In this document: positions 12,636 through 27,374 of the stretch, in pieces | Position numbering within the stretch: position 1 is the first letter of the stretch | Layout of the letters: every line of letters starts with the position of its first letter | Source of the DNA: Octopus vulgaris | Taxonomy: Eukaryota | DNA length: 64,000 bases | Assembly: GCA_951406725.2 (NCBI GenBank) | Contig: OX597821.1 | Coordinates: 23,126,001 to 23,190,000 of the forward strand | Direction: 5' to 3' | Position numbers and translations under genes: made by a program | Notes under the pieces: model-generated | The model's database searches: none | Seen by the model: the letters and a program-made list of their open reading frames with translations, nothing else | What the model was told of the DNA's origin: nothing

Positions 12636-12937
12636 ATAAACAGTACCGGTTAAATATCCGGCAAGCTTGGAGTGAGCCAGAGTTCTGCATCTTCCGGGTT
12701 TCTGAAGACTGACTAATATGCTTAAAATATAAAATAACCTCTGGAAAGTAAAGAAACTGAATCGTATTTAAAAGATGCAGGAATAAATTAATACGCTTTG
12801 AAGCAAAGCGAATTCAATCCTCATCAAATCAGTTGTTTTTTTTTTAAACTAAAGAACAAAACTATTAACACACTGTAAGCAAATTAGCCAATTTCAAAAA
12901 CAGGATCTCTTTACACTATACAGCGCACAGTATATTG

Positions 12938-13322
12938 AGTGGAGGTGCAATGGCCCAGTGGTTAGGGCAGCGGACTCGCGGTCGTAGTATCGCGGTTTCG
13001 ATTCCCAGACCGGGCGTCGATTCAGTGTTAATTGAGTGAAAACACCTAAAGCTCCACGACGCTCCGGCAGGGGATGGTGGTGATCCCTGCTGTACTCTTT
13101 CACCACAACTTTCTCTCACTCTTACTTCCTGTTTCTGTTGTACCTGTATTTCAAGGGGCCGGCCTTGTCACTCTCCGTGTCACGCTGAATATCCCCGAGA
13201 ACTACGTTAAGAGTACACGTGTCTGTGGAGTGCTCAGCCACTTACACGTTAATTTCACGAGCAGGCTGTTCCGTTGATCGGATCAACCGGAACCCTCGTC
13301 GTCGGAACCGACGGAGTGCTTC
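12938..13322 (+). mobile_element. tRNA-derived SINE (family C)
   Basis: GGTGCAATGGCCCAGTGGTTAGGGCAGCGG...TTCGATTCCC head; 3' tail shared with 4816; inverse copy at 26263-26666. Confidence 0.85.
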
Positions 13323-13614
13323 CATATCCCACAGTATATTGCACGAAAAGTACAGTAGTCCCAGATTACTGGAAACCGGGTAAAAGACCCCTAACTGTAT
13401 ATATATATTTTAGTCACTCTCCCACTTCATGCCATTGTAGTTGGCCACTGACTATTATTTATAATACATATGTGCATATGTGTACCTATGTTTATGTGTG
13501 TGAAGGTGTGTGCAAGAGGCGAACTATTTTTAATTACTTCTTAATTACATTTCTATCGAAGTGGTGATTAATTACAGCTTCCTGTCCAAGACAAAATAAT
13601 CACACATACATACA

Positions 13615-13648
<34 letters not shown>

Positions 13649-13677
13649 CATACATACTTATAAAGATTGCCTATATG

Positions 13678-13735
<58 letters not shown>

Positions 13736-13949
13736 AACACAATTAACATGTATAGGTCATTAACCACTTCGTTAATTAAAGTGGAATGTAATTAAGAAAT
13801 TGAAAAGTAGTCTGTTTTTTAATTTGAAAAAAGATAAAGCAACAACAAAACAAACAAAATTGCAACCGACTAACTGACTTAATAGTACAAGACTCATGTG
13901 AATATATATATATATAAGAGAACAAAGTGTACGTACGCCGCTATATATA

Positions 13950-14090
13950 TATCTGAGTTCGAATCCCACCGCGGTCGGCTTTCATCCCTTCAGAGTCGAT
14001 AAGATAAGTACCAGTTGAGCATTGGTACCAATGTAATTGACTTACTTACACACCTGAATTTCCTGGTGTTGTGCCAAAATTTGAGACCTA
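13950..14090 (+). mobile_element. SINE family D fragment (Meta-SINE-like central domain by inference)
   Basis: GGCTTTCATCCCTTCAGAGTCGATAAGATAAGTACC motif; related copies near 28600, 35855, 43885, 50903, 53765. Confidence 0.65.
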
Positions 14091-14100
14091 TATATATATA

Positions 14101-14173
<73 letters not shown>

Positions 14174-14245
14174 TCCTTTCCATACCGAAACACTACTAGG
14201 TGAAATTTATTGATTTTATTAAATTAATTATATTTCATACATATA

Positions 14246-14652
14246 GGTGCTGGAGTGGCTGTGTGGTAAGTAGCTTGCTTACCAACCACATAGTTCTGAG
14301 TTCAGTCCAACTGCGTGGTACCTTGGGCAAATGTCTTCTACTATAGACTCGGGCCGACCAAAGCCTTGTGAGTGGATTTGGTAGACGGAAACTGAAAGAA
14401 GCCCGTCGTATATATGTATATATGTGTGTGTATATGTTTATATATGTTTGTGTGTCTGTGTTTGCCCCCCCAACATCGCTTGACAACAGATGCTGGTGTG
14501 TTTACGTCCCCATAACTTAGCGGTTCGGAAAAAGAGACTGATAGAATAAGTACTAGGCTTACAAAAAATAAGTCCTGGGGTCGATTCCGTCGACTAAAGG
14601 CGGTGCTGCACCATGGCCACAGTCAAATGACTGAAACAAGTAAAAGAGTAAA
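14246..14652 (+). mobile_element. SINE family A
   Basis: Full-length match to 7969-8445. Confidence 0.9.
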
Positions 14653-15241
14653 AGGCTATATGCACACGCTAGCTGAATAGCCCGTTTATTCCATGTCAGG
14701 TCATACCTTCCCCAACAGATTGGCCTCTTGATCAGGAGAGATTTTTGCAATTTTTCGCAAAAAATTTCGTTGAGGATTTTTCTTTTTAAATTATTTATAT
14801 GTCTGTTCGACCGTTTCACATGTTTTTATTCTTTAAAACTTATTAAAATTTTAGAAGTTCTAACAACTTTGGTTTCGCTTGTTTAATAAAAATTCCTCGT
14901 CGTAATGATTTTGCTTTCATTTTGTGACAGACAACTATCTGCAGAAAATGCCAGCTTCCAAATTCTGTTTTCTGATTAGGTAAAATTGATTAAAATTTAA
15001 ACTTCATTAACATGTTTCTGTAATTTTTCTGGAGCAAATAAATAGCAAAATTGGATTTAACATGGAAAATTATTTCAATATACCAAATTTAAAAATTTTG
15101 GACGTAATCTTAAAATCTCACAATATGTGACAGCAACATGGAAGAGTAGAGAGGCAGACAGTTATAGGACGTCACCCACAAACACACACAGACACATTTA
15201 CAAACGTACACATGGGTAATCGCGAGTTTAAAATGGTAGAC

Positions 15242-15272
<31 letters not shown>

Positions 15273-15311
15273 TGTATGTATGTATGTATGTATGTATGTG
15301 TGTGTGTGTGC

Positions 15312-15347
<36 letters not shown>

Positions 15348-16517
15348 TTGCGATGGACAGCCGAAAAGCCACCTACCCGTCTCTCCTTAAATCGACGTAT
15401 TCCTCATACCTACCTTTCTTTCCCTTCCTCGGCGTTTTAAAAGTTAGTTATGCGTGTGTGCATGTGTATGTGTGTGTAGCGTGTGTGTGTACTCTGTGTG
15501 TGTATGCATGAATCTATGTATTTACGAAAGCATGTATGCAGCGTCACGTGTATATCTGTGAATGGTAGCTGTATTAACGTTACCATCCTACTGCCACTCC
15601 ATATTTGTCGCTTACACAAGGCTTTTCTACCCACCTCTGATATCAGCCACACTCACTAAGCCACCACATTTCACTCACATTAACACTGTTTGCATCTTTC
15701 TCATTTTAAGAAATAATAGTCCCCCCCACACACACACACACCTAGGGGGTTCATTATATAATTTTATTGAAATCCAATTAGCCTATAATTGAACTGGATG
15801 TAAGTTTAACATGTCTGCAAAGTTTCTTCAAGATTGGTTCACTGGTGTAGTCAGCAAGATAATAACAGTCAGATCGACAAACAGAAATTACCATTTATGT
15901 ATAAAATTTATATACAAAAATACACACACACACACACATTCATGCTCTGGGATGAACTACCAATGACGTTCCAAGTTTATGATGGAGTTTCAGGTCTTTC
16001 GGCACCAGGCCCCTTCTCTCACTCAGTTGATCCAGCTGGGAACATGGTGACTTCGAAAAACCTCCTCTTGCAGCTTATGCAACATAGAGCCGGAGGGAGG
16101 CCTTTGGCGAGGCCAGTCACAGAACCACCCGATATCCTTTGCCTTTCTTCGCTTTAATTAAGAGTTGCGTGATATGCCGTCATATCCTCCAGGCAGCCAG
16201 GTGTTCAAGTGATCCCACCTTTCTGTTATAATGTATAATGTACTCTTTTTGGAGGAGGAACTTTGTCGGCAGACGGGAAAAGATAATGAAAAATATAACG
16301 ATACAAACAAGAGAGCAATTTGCACCAAAAAGCCAAATGTGAGAGTTTCAAAGCAACTACCGCAGTATAGTTTGTTCTAAATAGAACAGTCACATTTACG
16401 TAGGGATAAATGTTATCTGTCAGTAGTACTGCTTCTGTCGCTAAAATACAGAATGAAAAATATTTTTGCTTCGATGCTGAGTCGTAAGATAGCGCTGAAC
16501 TGCCCAATTTCCTTCTC

Positions 16518-16581
<64 letters not shown>

Positions 16582-16689
16582 ATCACGTGACCGACCAGAC
16601 CATCAGATGTTGTTACACATCGCTAGTCACAATGCGTTCGCATTGTTTTAGCCTTCAAATGATGCCACCCCGCTGGCTAAGCGAACAGG

Positions 16690-16742
<53 letters not shown>

Positions 16743-16744
<2 letters not shown>

Positions 16745-17118
16745 TCTTTTACTTGTTTCAGTCATTTGACTGTGGCCATGCTGGAGCACCGCCTTTAGCC
16801 TAGCAAATCCCCTCCAGGACTTATTCTTTGTAAGCCTAGTACTTATTCTATAGGTCTCTTTTTGCTGAACCGCTAAGTTACGGGGACGTAAACACCAGCA
16901 TCTGTTGTCAAGCGATGCTGGGGGGACAAACACAGACAACCAAATACACACACGTACATATATATATATACATATATACGATGGGATTCTTTCAGTTTCC
17001 GTCTACCAAAACCACTCACAAGTAGAAGACACTTGGCCACGGTGCCACGCAGTGGGACTGAACCCGGAACCATGTGGTTGGTAAGCAAGCTACTTACCAC
17101 ACAGCCACTCCTACGCCT
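16743..17118 (-). mobile_element. SINE family A
   Basis: Reverse-complement match. Confidence 0.9.
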
Positions 17119-17137
17119 GCACATATATATATACTCT

Positions 17138-17203
<66 letters not shown>

Positions 17204-17293
17204 ATCCAAACACGAAAGCACAAAAAAACACAACAACGCGAGGACGTGGAACAAATATAGCATTATTGGGCGCTCAGGAAAGAAGGAAAGGAG

Positions 17294-17337
<44 letters not shown>

Positions 17338-18439
17338 AAAGTTGGTTTGTGAAAGCACGTGGGTGAATATATAGAAAAAAGTAAAGAGTGAAAAAACTAC
17401 AGAAGGCTTAAATGTTAAAAAATATATATATTTGCGTCAATATGTCTGAAGAATATTAGAAAATTAAAAAAAAAATTTTTTTTCCTCTTATAATGACATA
17501 ATTTAAAAGAAAGACCGGTTTCGCGTGTAGCTTTTCAAATTTCTTGCGATGTTATATATATATATATATATATAAACAAAAAAAACCTCAGCACATTTCC
17601 ACCGGTTGGGGACTCTTCCTCTTCGCTAGACCACTTTCAGCATCTTTCACTATTGTCAAAGCTGAAAAAGTTAATAAATTATAACATTTAAATACGAAGA
17701 AACAGGGAAAAGGGAGAGATAAGAAAGGAGAAGAAAGAAAAGAAAAAAGAGAGTGGTAAAGCAGCAGAAGAGGGAAGGGAGGGGTCGATGGGGTACATAC
17801 CCCAGAACAAAGGGTGTGCTCACCCACAACCTGCTATAATGACTGCGATGACGTTGCCGCGTAGACTGGTCAGTGACATTCGCTGCAGAAACCAGTCCAC
17901 CTCGCGGGGCTCATTTCACTGATGGGTCACCGTTATCCCATTTATGTTGTTGAACGAATCTTGTACAACGTTTACAAATACTGTATCGTATTGAGCTGGG
18001 AGTTTAAGTACAGGCTAACAACTTCTCCAAGCTGCCTTGACAAATTCCTGAGCTTTCTTCTAGCTCAGTTCACGAAAGTCAAATTCAGTTGTTAGGAGTG
18101 GTTGACTTCTTTCTTTCATTTTTATCTTTTATCTTTTTTTTTTTTTTGCTCCAGTCATTGGACTGCGGTCATGCTTGGGTCACACCTTGAAGAGTTTTAG
18201 ACGAGTGAATCGACCCCCAATACACATTTTTTTAAATTTTCAAGCCTCGTACTTATTCTATCGGTTTGTATCCGATATGTAGACAATGAAGATTTCTGAT
18301 TGGCTAAATGCACGTAACTTTAAATGCATGAGATACTTTATTATTAATTTCTAGGCAGTAAAATGCGCTTTTCGTCGTCAGTATGCAAAACTATATTTAC
18401 TTTTAATTTTTGAAAATAATTTGGTGAAAACTATAACTA

Positions 18440-18950
18440 CTGTAAATCCTCGAGTATAATACGAATTTTTTTCCCAAAATTTAAAGGTCAAAATCCTTAG
18501 TGCGTACTATATACGAGGTTAAAAATGAAAATTATTTTCTAACAATGCTCGAGTCTCTATTTGCTGTCTGGCTATGTTTATTCAGACGCATTTTGTGATG
18601 TCGGGTGTGAAAATACCTTAAGCTAAGCCCGAAAGCAATGAAATCATAAAATAATCATCCATAACTTGCAATAAGCAACATTTATTAAACATTATTACTG
18701 TTATTTCTTTATTTTCTGCAAACAAAATGCACAAAAAACCTACACGTTTGCGTTATGTTATATGTACAATAATAATGAAAGACGTTACCATATACATTTT
18801 TACAAACCAAGGACGTTATATAGACCTCCATGACTTAAGTTAGAGAAGAGGTGCGTATTATACATAAGGCTTAGGTTTTTCAGAGGTACAGCCCCCTAAA
18901 AATCCCCAGCGTATTATACGCAAGGGCGGACTATACTCTAGGATTAACGG
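18440..18950. mobile_element. Tc1/mariner-superfamily (Tc2/pogo-like) MITE
   Basis: TA|CTGTAAATCCTCGAGTATA ... TATACTCTAGGATTAACGG|TA imperfect TIRs with TA TSD. Confidence 0.75.
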
Positions 18951-19208
18951 TACTTCAAGTGGTTGGAAGAAACATAATGAGATTCTACTTGTCTACTGAT
19001 TTAATCAACAGTGGTGGTGGTGGTGGTGCTGGTGCTGGTAATCAGTGGTAGAGAAATATTTTCCTTTAACTCATGTTGTCCACAGCAACGGCTACTATGA
19101 CGATCACCTCAATACCAAAGTGAACGCACGCGCATCTGTGTAAGTGTGACATTAGGCGAGATGTGTGCAGTTGTACGAAAGAGTTTGAATATGCGCGCGC
19201 GAGTGTGT

Positions 19209-19255
<47 letters not shown>

Positions 19256-19407
19256 TGCATTAATGAATTTCGGTACAGATTTTTAATCTCTAAATATAGT
19301 CTCACACACCTAAACTAACGTATCAGATTGTAGGTCAGGTCAATGATAACTGAGAGGGAGACGGGGAAGGGTGAGAGGGAGAGGGAAAGAAGGAGAGGAC
19401 AGAGTAG

Positions 19408-19439
<32 letters not shown>

Positions 19440-19627
19440 AACGGACAGAAGGGGAGGAAGAAAGGAAGACACAGAAGAGGGGGGGGAGAAAGAGAGAGAT
19501 GCAGCTACTAAGAAAGAGACAGACAAAAAAAGACAGACAGTCGGACAGAGAGACAGACTGACAGACAACTACAACTACAACAATAACAATAACGGATCAT
19601 GGGAGGTAGGGGGTGTGACGTATACGT

Positions 19628-19837
19628 ACTCTTTTACTCTTTTACTTGTTTCAGTCATTTGACTGCGGCCATGCTGGAGCACCGCCTTTAGTCGAGCAAA
19701 TCGACCCCGGGACTTATTCTTTGTAAGCCCAGTACTTATTCTATCGGTCTCTTTTGCCGAACCGCTAAGTGACGGGGACGTAAACACACCAGCATCGGTT
19801 GTCAAGCAATGCTAGGGGGACAAACACAGACACACAA

Positions 19838-19907
<70 letters not shown>

Positions 19908-20230
19908 CGGGTGGCACGTAAAAAGCACCCACTACACTCACGGAGTGGTTGGCGTTAGGAAGGGCATCCAGCCGTAGAAACACTGCCAGATTTGACTGGG
20001 CCTGAAGAAGCCTTCTGGCTTCACAGACCCCAGTAGAACCGTCCAACCCATGCTAGCATGGAAAACGGACGCTAAACGACGATGATGATGATGATGATGA
20101 TATATACGACAGGCTTCTTTCAGTATCCACTCACAAGGCATTGGTCGGCCCGGAGCTATAGCAGAAGACACTTGCCCAAGATGCCACGCAGTGGGACTGA
20201 ACCCGGAACCATGTGGTTGGTTAGCAAGCT
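19628..20230 (-). mobile_element. SINE family A split at its internal microsatellite by an RTE 3' fragment
   Basis: SINE 3' half 19628-19855, 5' half 20100-20230. Confidence 0.85.
19908..20100 (+). mobile_element. RTE LINE 3' end with (GAT)n tail
   Basis: Matches 43236-43420 (GGTGGCACGTAAAAAGCACCCACTACAC...AACCCATGCTAGCATGG). Confidence 0.85.
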
Positions 20231-20430
20231 ACTTACCACACAGCCACTCCTATATTCTTTATATTCTTTTATTTATTTCATCATTTTGACTATGCTAGCA
20301 CCGCCTTTAGTCGATAAATCAATCCCAGGACTTATTCATTGTAAGCCTAGTACTTGTTCTATCGGTCTATCTTGCCGAACCGCTAGCTGATAAACACACC
20401 ATCGGTGTGGGGATAAACGCATACACACAA

Positions 20431-20470
<40 letters not shown>

Positions 20471-20653
20471 ACACACACGCATATATATATATATATATAT
20501 ATATAATACTATATATAATAAACGGGTTTAGTCAACGAAATCCACTTACCACAGACCGAATTTGAAATAGGCCCGGGGCTCAAAGAGACCATAGCTATTT
20601 CTTCTAGTACTGAACCCGGAGATCTCAGTAAAAACACAGCAATTGGAAGGCAG

Positions 20654-20725
<72 letters not shown>

Positions 20726-21235
20726 CACACACATTTGTACATACATACATATGTATGTATATTGGTATGCATATATGGATACAGGACGTCACAAAACGTA
20801 AACAGCATGAAATACGAAAATAAAGTTGGGTACGCAAAGAACGAGAGACAAATGGAAAACAGACAAGTAACATAAAAAAATGACCCTTCATCAGTTGTCG
20901 GCTGCCCTTCTACTCCTTATTTCGAGCAATGAACGACAAGATAATACTGTGAAGGCAGTTGCTCCTACGAACCAAAATAAAATTTGGGATTTGCGGAAGG
21001 TCAAAGTTGGTAACAAAAACAGGACATTCGCAAACCGAACCAAACGAATATAAAAACAAAGAGGGCCTTTAGGCTCAGATGAGGTAAGCTAGCAAACGCT
21101 GGAAGAAGATTCTTTGATAAGAGAAAATATAGGAGAGGAGACAGGTAGGAATGTGTCAGGACTGCGCAACAGACTGAAAGAACAGAAAGATGATCATGTG
21201 AGGAAAGGAAAGATGGACGACGGTCAAGTGTGAGC

Positions 21236-21305
<70 letters not shown>

Positions 21306-21636
21306 AAGGAGGAATAGGGATGCTCGAAATAAGGAGTAGAAGGACAGCCGAAACTGATGAAGGGTCGTTCTTTATGTTACTTTCTTTTTTTCCATTTCTT
21401 TCTCTCGTTCTTTGCGTAGCCAACGTTATTTTCGTATTTCATGTTGTTTACGTTTTGTGACGTCCTGTACCCATATATGCATAGCTATATACATATGTAT
21501 GTATGTATGTATGTATGTACATATGTGTGTATATGTGCATACGTATATATTATTTATATTGTTATTTGATTGAACGCCACACATCCATTTCTAAGAATAT
21601 ATATATATTTTACAGTAACTCGTTCATATTTATTGA

Positions 21637-22032
21637 CTAGCAGTATCGCCCGGCGTTGCTCGGGTTTGTAAGGGAAATAACTATATAAGCATTTTTAGAG
21701 AGTTATAGCCACAAAATAGCAAAAAAATGCATTAAAAATTGAAAAAAAATTAAGGTAAATTTTTTTTTAAATCGTTGACACATCGTAGATATTTTTAGAG
21801 AGTTACTTCCCTTATATAAAAGCGAAAAAATGCATTAAAATGGAAAAATATGATGGTAAATTTTTTTTAAAATCGTAGACTCATCGTAGACGCGCGCTAA
21901 TACCCAGAAGGGCTCGATATGAATCACGACTATAAGATACCCGCTTTTGGTTAAACTGCACCGCAAAATGTGGGAGTAGTTACGAATCTAAATCGTAGGA
22001 GACAGACACACAACTTCACTCTTATATAAAGA
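21637..22032 (-). mobile_element. Non-autonomous Helitron
   Basis: 5' TC...TATATAA; 3' hairpin CCCGAGCAACGCCGGG then CTAG; inserted between A and T; inverse copy at 27694-28088. Confidence 0.88.
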
Positions 22033-23007
22033 TGCTTTTTTTTTTCAGTCATAGAGTTAGATTTATGAAGGTCTTCAGTAGAAAATCCTTCGAATTCTGA
22101 CTCGCTGCTTGATATAATGAAATTCGTATCCATTTTTTGTCAGAATTACAAATTTTGAAAACACAATAGGAACAAATTTCGGAAAAAAATCTCCCATAAT
22201 TCACGGAATTAAAATTACACTTCGATTTTTGTACAAAACTGTATTTGAAGTGTTTACGAAGTACAATACGTGTTTTCACGAATGTACTAAAGAGATTTAC
22301 TCTGATATTCTCATTTAAATATGAATAGGTAAATTCGGGCGGTTTGGTAACGAAAGGGTTTATATAAGTGTCGTCTGTTTATACATAAACACTGTTTCAT
22401 ACTTTCAGTTTAGTCTTCCTCAAATCACTCTGTCGCTATTTACTCTCTTCCAAGAACATTTTCACTCACTCTTATCTGTTAGCTTGCCATACATTTTACT
22501 CATGTATCTATCAGCGTGATAGACAGAAACAAATATTACATCTAGTTTCACTTTATTCGTTGCACACTGTGTGTGTGCGTTTGCGTGTGCTGTAAACCAG
22601 ACTAAGAAAAGCATTTGACATACACACCAGAATGTGAGTTTTCTGTAAATTTTGCTTAATTGGAGTTTAAATTTTAAAAACTGGACCTGGCAAAACCCGA
22701 TGCATTCTACTCTTAAAAATGCTAGGTAAATTGTAATTGAAGAAATCCTATATTGTAGATTTCTATAACTGACAAAGGGAGGCAGATAAAATCTGCCTTT
22801 TATAATAAGAGATACCGACAAACGCGCACCCATCCCACACGACTGTAAACTGATTGCAATAAGACTTAGGGTAACCCGAGAGGAGACGAGTAGACGAGGA
22901 AAGATGGTTTTGATTAAATTATCCTCGATGTGAAAGTGATCGAGTTTATTATTTTCTGTGAATTTTCTTTACATACGTTGGCGGGCAGGGGGGCGCGGGC
23001 GCGCGGC

Positions 23008-23061
<54 letters not shown>

Positions 23062-23290
23062 GAGCTTCTTTCTGCTTCTGTTTGCCAAATCTGCTCCCAA
23101 GGGTTTGATAGTGCCGAGGCTTTAGTAGAAGATACTTGGTTAAGGTGCCACGCAGTGGGACTGAACCCGGAACCATGGACTTGGAAAGCAATCCTCTTAC
23201 CACATATTCACACCTTCGCGTATTAAGTTATCTATATGTGTATGTGTGTGTGCGTGTGTGTGTGTGTGTGTGTGTTTGTGTGTGTGTATA

Positions 23291-24569
23291 CAGAGGTTGG
23301 ACAAAATAATGGAAACATCTAGCATCATAGCATCATAATTTTGAAATATCTATAAAAGCGTCAAAAGCTTGTTTATTTTAATGTTTTTTTATTTATTTAT
23401 TATTAGTGTTGCTTAATATCTTTTGGTAAAATTGCTGTTTCTTTTCAGATATCATCATAAAAAGGTAATTAAAATTCATCAAATGACTGATCTATCGAAC
23501 TTTCAAAGAGGTCAAATTGTCCATACACGTATGGCACGCGCTAGCGTAACGAAAACAGCCGAAATGTTTCGTGTATCAAGAAGTACTGTCTCGAACGTAA
23601 TGACAGCCTTTGAGAAAGAGGGAAAAACCTCCTCATCGAAACAAAATTCTGGAAGAAAACCAAAACTTTCAGATAGGGACCGTCGGACTTTTACGCGAAT
23701 TGTTAGAAAGGATCACAAAATACAGCTCCCAAAATTACTGCAGAGCTTAATGACCACCCCGAGAACACAGTTTCCACAAAATCTGTTCGCTGGGAGCTGC
23801 ACAAAGTCGAATTTCACGGAAGGGCTGCAATCAGAAAACCACTACTTTCAAAAACAGACGTTGCAAAGCGTTTAGAGTGCAGTAAAAAACTACAGAATTG
23901 GTCCCTAGAGCAGTGGAAGAATGTTATTTTCTCAGACGAGTCATCCTTTACCCTATTTCTGACCACCAGCCGAGTATACGTGTGGAGACAGCCGAAAGAA
24001 GCATTTGACCCAGACTGCCTTGTTCCAACTGTTAAACATGGAGGAGGATGCATGATGATCGGGGGGGGGGGGGGCTATATCTTGGAAATCCGCCGGCCCA
24101 ATCGTTTCCCTTCATGGCAGAATTAATAGTCAAGACTATTTAAGCATTTTATCTGATCAAATTCATTCTATGATTGCGGAACTGTTTTCGGAGGGAAGTA
24201 CAATCTTTCAGGTTGATAATGGACCAATTCACACAGCTAAAGTTGTTACTGAATGGCACGAAGAACATTCTAGTGAAGTTGAACATCTTATCTGGCCACC
24301 ACAGTCCCCAGATCTCAATATTATTGAACATTTATGGTGCATTTTAGAAAAGCAAGTAAGGGGTCGATATCCTCCTTGTATCCTACAAGAACTGGAGACT
24401 GTTTTAGCTGCAGAATGGACAAAAATTCCTTTGGAAGCAATTAAAACTTTGTACGAGTCCATAATTTGTAGAATTCAAGCTGTAATTACTGCCAAAGGCG
24501 GTCTTATCCCATATTAAAATAAATTTGTTCGAAATTCTAAGGTGTTTCCATTATTTTGTCCAACCCCTG
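23291..24569 (+). mobile_element. Tc1/mariner transposon with DD36E spacing (Incomer-like)
   Basis: TIR CAGAGGTTGGACAAAATAATGGAAACA / TGTTTCCATTATTTTGTCCAACCCCTG; TA TSD; about 1.28 kb. Confidence 0.92.
23483..24517 (+). pseudogene. Frameshifted Tc1-like transposase
   Basis: MTDLSNFQRGQIV HTH, SGRKPKL, VIFSDES, IFQVDNGPIH, WPPQSPDLNIIEHLW split over frames. Confidence 0.9.
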
Positions 24570-24602
24570 TATATATATGTATATATATATATATATATAT
24601 AT

Positions 24603-24679
<77 letters not shown>

Positions 24680-24829
24680 GGAGACTGTTATATTAAATCT
24701 CTGAGAGATATATAAACAGTAGCAGTACGAAACCGTAACATATATTTGTGAACTAAGTGTGGCGTCCTAACCAGGACAGTGCTACTGATATTTATAACTC
24801 CAGGAAGACATCTCCTCCAGCTATGTATG

Positions 24830-25450
24830 TATGAAGTACGTTCAAAAGTTATCCGATTTTATTTTTTCTCACCAAGATTAATGCCATAGGCAAAATCCTT
24901 CAAGTGAGAGGTGCCGCAACCCTTCCTGCGCAAGCGTGAAAATTTTCGCGCCGTCTATTACGCCTACAGTACAGAGATATATCGCTCGTCACATTTTCGT
25001 TTTCACCGAACACATCGATCAGAGACGTTGCATGAAATTTTGCCAAAAGCTTAGTAATACTCAAGCTCAAACAATCCAGGAGATTCAGCAGGCCTTTGAT
25101 GATGCCATGGGCAGAACATAGATCAAGGATTGGATACAGCTGCTTCAGACATGGCCGCAGCTCAGCGAAGAGCGAGGTACTCTCAGACAGGTCAGCCTCA
25201 AGCCGAAACGAGGTACTGATTCAGAAGGTTCGACAAATAGTCATGAAGACTGTTGTGTAACAATCTAGGAAATTGCTTTCGGTCATCTTGCCTGAAAACG
25301 AAAACCCAGCGGAGCATGCACCACACATCTGTACACCATGCCAGGTACTAACACGGCCTACTGGCGCGGAAATTTTCATGCATGCGCAGGAAGGGTGGTA
25401 TCACTTCCCATCCAGAGTATTATGTCCACGTGGCATTAGTTTCGGCGGGA
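24830..25450 (+). mobile_element. Internally deleted, decayed mariner element
   Basis: HTH remnant QRRCMKFCQKLSNTQAQTIQEIQQAF...FRHGRSS; diverged inverted subterminal segments about 24880-24970 and 25345-25440. Confidence 0.7.
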
Positions 25451-25493
25451 ATATATATATAATCAAAATAAGCAACAAGGATATCCAAAGGTA

Positions 25494-25573
25494 ATGCAGT
25501 GCGATCGTTTCAAGCAACTCCATTTAATTGAACCATCACATCAATTTAAATGCAGAGCAATCCTCAGCTGCAT
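25494..25573 (-). ncRNA. Type I hammerhead motif, probably inactive
   Basis: AUGCAG-CUGAGGA-long stem II-GAAAC-GAUC-GCA-CUGCAU; perfect 6-bp stem I; triplet GCA instead of GUA. Confidence 0.65.
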
Positions 25574-26262
25574 AAAGACATAGAATTTAATTAAATTAAA
25601 GCAGATAGACACATTAGTATAATTTTATCTAAATCTCCAGTAAGGTAAGGAGATAGATAAAGAACATGCTGTCTTCACTTCAGCTCTATATATATACGCG
25701 TGAGTGGACAAAAGAACGAAAGAAGCATTCGACACATTTAGTAAGAGTTACATATATTATTATTTAAAATAATTTGATTTAGTTCCATGCGACTTAGTGT
25801 TTCGTGGGCTTCCTACAGAAACGTAGCTCTTTAACAGAACTGAGGGATGAAGGAAGTTTAAGATGGTTCCTGCAAACTGGGCTGCTATTGCTCAAGGCTA
25901 GTCACATGGGGTTAGAAGTGAGATCGATATTACAGCGACAACAGATGCGTAACTGGTGGTATTTTGCTGTCTGGGCGGTCTTTGAAGGGACTTGCGGGCT
26001 ATCAGACATGGCCGGCGATGGGTATGTGTATACCAGATGTTTTGTAAGCGCAGATGATGCCTATGCGTATGTATCTACTACGTATGAGTATGAGAGGGTT
26101 TGGCATTTGGGTGAAAGCTGATGGCATCAACTCGTTGGTGTGTGGACTGAGCCCGTCGCGCCAGGTTTCTGTAAGAACACTACGAAACTTTATTAAGTTG
26201 CATGGTGCCAAATCAAACAATTTTAATTCACACACACACACACACACATATATACGTTACTA

Positions 26263-26661
26263 CGGCACTCCGTCGGTTACGACGGCGAGAGTTCCAGCTG
26301 ATCTAATCAACGGAACAGCCTGCTCGTGAAGTTAGCGTATAAGTGGTTGAGCACTCCACAGACATGTGTACCCTTATCGTAGTTCTCGGGAAGATTCAGG
26401 TTGAGCACTCCACAAACACGTGTATCTTTAACATAGTTCATGGGGAGATTCAGCGTGACACAGAATGTGACAAGGTTGGCCCTTTGAAATACAGGTACAA
26501 CAGAAACAGGAAGAAAGAGTGAGAGAAAGTTGAGGTGAAAGAGTATAACAGTGTTTGCCACCACCCCCTGCCGGAGCCTCGTGGAGCTTTAGGTGATTTT
26601 GCTCAATAAACACTCACAACGCCCGGTCTGGGAATCGAAACCGCAATTCTATAACCACTGG

Positions 26662-26666
<5 letters not shown>
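26263..26666 (-). mobile_element. SINE family C with internal duplication
   Basis: Reverse complement of 12938-13322. Confidence 0.85.
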
Positions 26667-26706
<40 letters not shown>

Positions 26707-26959
26707 TGGCGTCTGTCCGAGTCAGAAGCCATGATAGATCGTTAGCCACTACACACATTTTTCTATCCTTGTTTCTCTCCTTGTTTTTTCTGTGTCCCTT
26801 TCTGTAGAAGAGCGTAGGCTCGAAACGAAAAAGACTTTTTTCTATTCCTGAGCGTTATACTAATACATCTGTTTGTTTTGTACACCACCTGTTTTCGTCT
26901 TTTGTTTTTTTTTTTTCGTAAACTCTCCCTATATATATATATATATATGATAAAATAAA

Positions 26960-27374
<415 letters not shown>

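Noticed and set aside
17880-17945. HDV-like ribozyme candidate (CCACCTCGCGG)
   Set aside because: Could not build P1, P1.1 and P2 pairings
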